A DNA stretch of 64,000 bases, taken from assembly GCA_000146045.2 (NCBI GenBank), contig BK006949.2, positions 64,001-128,000 on the forward strand, written 5' to 3'. The stretch comes from TPA_inf: Saccharomyces. Lineage: Eukaryota. Below, in pieces: positions 62,634 through 64,000 of this stretch. The notes under the pieces were generated by a model. The model saw only the letters and a program-made list of their open reading frames with translations. It was not told where the DNA came from and ran no database searches. Position numbers and translations under genes: made by a program. How positions within the stretch are numbered: position 1 is the stretch's first letter; each line of letters begins with the position of its first letter.

Positions 62634-64000
62634 CTAATGTTTATGGGTGTGAGTATCGGCAGAATCAGAATGAGTATGAGTATGATTTGTTGATTTAGTG
62701 TCATGAGAGTGCTCCAAATCACCTTTAGAGTCAGAGGTTACATCAACAAACTCGACGTCCACCTTCCCCACGTTTGGCACCTTCATACGTAAATCCTCTC
62801 TTATAGTCGAAATAGCGTTTTCCAAAAATCTTATCCCAACTTCCTGACCTGAATGTAATACTGGCACTTCCAAAGTTGTGGTGGCACGAAGATTAGGACC
62901 GGAAGCTAATATAGTAAGGTCTCTAACATGTAACGACTGTTTGAGATCTAAGTCTGTTTTCAAACTGCCAATGCTGTCTTTTATGACAGATTCGATTTCT
63001 AGATAACGCGGATCAGTAGGTGGTATAGATTGGTCAACTAACTCCTTCAGTGAGGATAAGATACCTTGTCCACCTGTTTTTATGATCAAACCTGACACTA
63101 CAAGCCCACCTAAATTATCTAAGGATTGAATGTTGAAAAAATAACTAGATGTGATAGCGACCAACGCTACCAACGATGTCAAGGAGTCAACACGATGATG
63201 CCAGGCGTTTGCCATTAGTACATTAGAATTTGTTTGGATTGCAACTTTCTTTGTTGCCTGAAAAACCCATTCTTTAACCAAGATAGAACCCGCTGCTATC
63301 CATACAGCATTTACATTAGTTGCCTGTTGTGTTAGCGACTGAGAATGGGAATGCGTTTCACCAATTAAACCGGCCATCGATTCTAGAATGGCATGAGGAA
63401 TGACAGGCCCCACAATAGCGCATAACGACGACCAACCGATAGATATACCAGCCATTGCTAAGATTGTGGATACTGCCAAAGATCCCACAGTTTCCACTTT
63501 ACCATAGCCATATGGGTACTCCGAAGTTGGTTTACGAGACGCATATTGGACAGAAAACAGTGTTAAAAAATCAGATACCAAATCGCTAAGAGCATGTACG
63601 GAATCAGCAAGTAATGCTTGAGAATGAAAAGTGATTCCTCCTACAAATTTTCCTACTGCCATCCCCACATTTGATGCAAGTCCTATCCATGTTATTCTTA
63701 CGCCAGGATTCTTCTTGATCTGCTGTACGTTCAGTGACAATAAAGGATTGTCATGCATATGTGTGTGGCTGTGACTATGAGTATGTTGCAACAACGACTT
63801 CACAGAGGAAGCCTTGCCTTCCTTCTTTCCTTCACTTTCATTCTGTCTGGAATTCGATCCATTCTGTGAAGACATTTTTGAAATGAGCTGTTCATTATAG
63901 CCCTCTTCTTGACCTTCTTTATTTAGCAGTTTCGAAGAATGCAGGCACCTTCTCGGGTTGGCTGAGATCATTGTACTGTACAGGCTTGATGTTCTTATGG
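62634..64000 (-). CDS. MMT2: Mitochondrial cation-diffusion-facilitator (CDF) iron transporter Mmt2, 5'-truncated by the window edge
   Basis: CDF TM core with His-rich C-terminus HTHTHSDSADTHTHKH. The frame stays open upstream of the ATG at 63971 up to the window end (..IRTSSLYSTMISANP), so the true start lies beyond 64000 (the full protein is about 484 aa). Confidence 0.85.
   Translation of the reverse strand, partial: IRTSSLYSTMISANPRRCLHSSKLLNKEGQEEGYNEQLISKMSSQNGSNSRQNESEGKKEGKASSVKSLLQHTHSHSHTHMHDNPLLSLNVQQIKKNPGVRITWIGLASNVGMAVGKFVGGITFHSQALLADSVHALSDLVSDFLTLFSVQYASRKPTSEYPYGYGKVETVGSLAVSTILAMAGISIGWSSLCAIVGPVIPHAILESMAGLIGETHSHSQSLTQQATNVNAVWIAAGSILVKEWVFQATKKVAIQTNSNVLMANAWHHRVDSLTSLVALVAITSSYFFNIQSLDNLGGLVVSGLIIKTGGQGILSSLKELVDQSIPPTDPRYLEIESVIKDSIGSLKTDLDLKQSLHVRDLTILASGPNLRATTTLEVPVLHSGQEVGIRFLENAISTIREDLRMKVPNVGKVDVEFVDVTSDSKGDLEHSHDTKSTNHTHTHSDSADTHTHKH

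Overview
This window reads as Saccharomyces cerevisiae nuclear DNA from the left arm of chromosome XVI. It is gene-dense and AT-rich between genes, and every long ORF corresponds to a yeast protein I recognise, running from CLN2 (YPL256C) through GAL4, IQG1, HSP82, FAS2 and NEW1 to a 5'-truncated MMT2 (YPL224C) at the right edge. From my recollection of the S288C map, the window may be exactly chrXVI 64001-128000; I could not run a search to confirm this.

I call 33 protein-coding genes. Two have spliceosomal introns that I reconstructed directly from the sequence: RPL36B (16-nt exon 1, 238-nt intron with GTATGT...TACTAAC...TAG) and CIN2 (25-nt exon 1, 80-nt intron). The supplied ORF track evidently translates TTG and GTG as M. 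I therefore re-anchored several genes to their first in-frame ATG (HFI1, VIK1, RBD2, SRP68, ENV7, NEW1), which reproduces the known protein lengths.

I see no tRNA, rRNA, Ty/LTR, CRISPR or prokaryote-style multi-gene defence locus. My honest conclusion is that this is ordinary, well-annotated yeast chromosome rather than a hidden novel system.

The observations most worth a second look:
- YPL245W is an uncharacterised protein carrying Walker A, a DEAH-type Walker B and a helicase motif VI-like motif.
- An unusually GC-rich ~0.6 kb island with at least six STRE cores lies upstream of USV1.
- The USV1 leader has a uATG fused to a perfect GTATGT donor, followed by a perfect TACTAAC; it could be a uORF or a cryptic in-frame 5' intron.
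- The 1-kb ICY2-RPL36B spacer is GC-rich and bracketed by two Cbf1-type E-boxes.
- An 18-bp exact repeat occurs in two unrelated places, and its copy inside YPL247C sits in a PmeI-AflII-BamHI-PmeI-BamHI cluster.
- The NEW1 N-terminus carries a 9-bp NYN prion-domain repeat.
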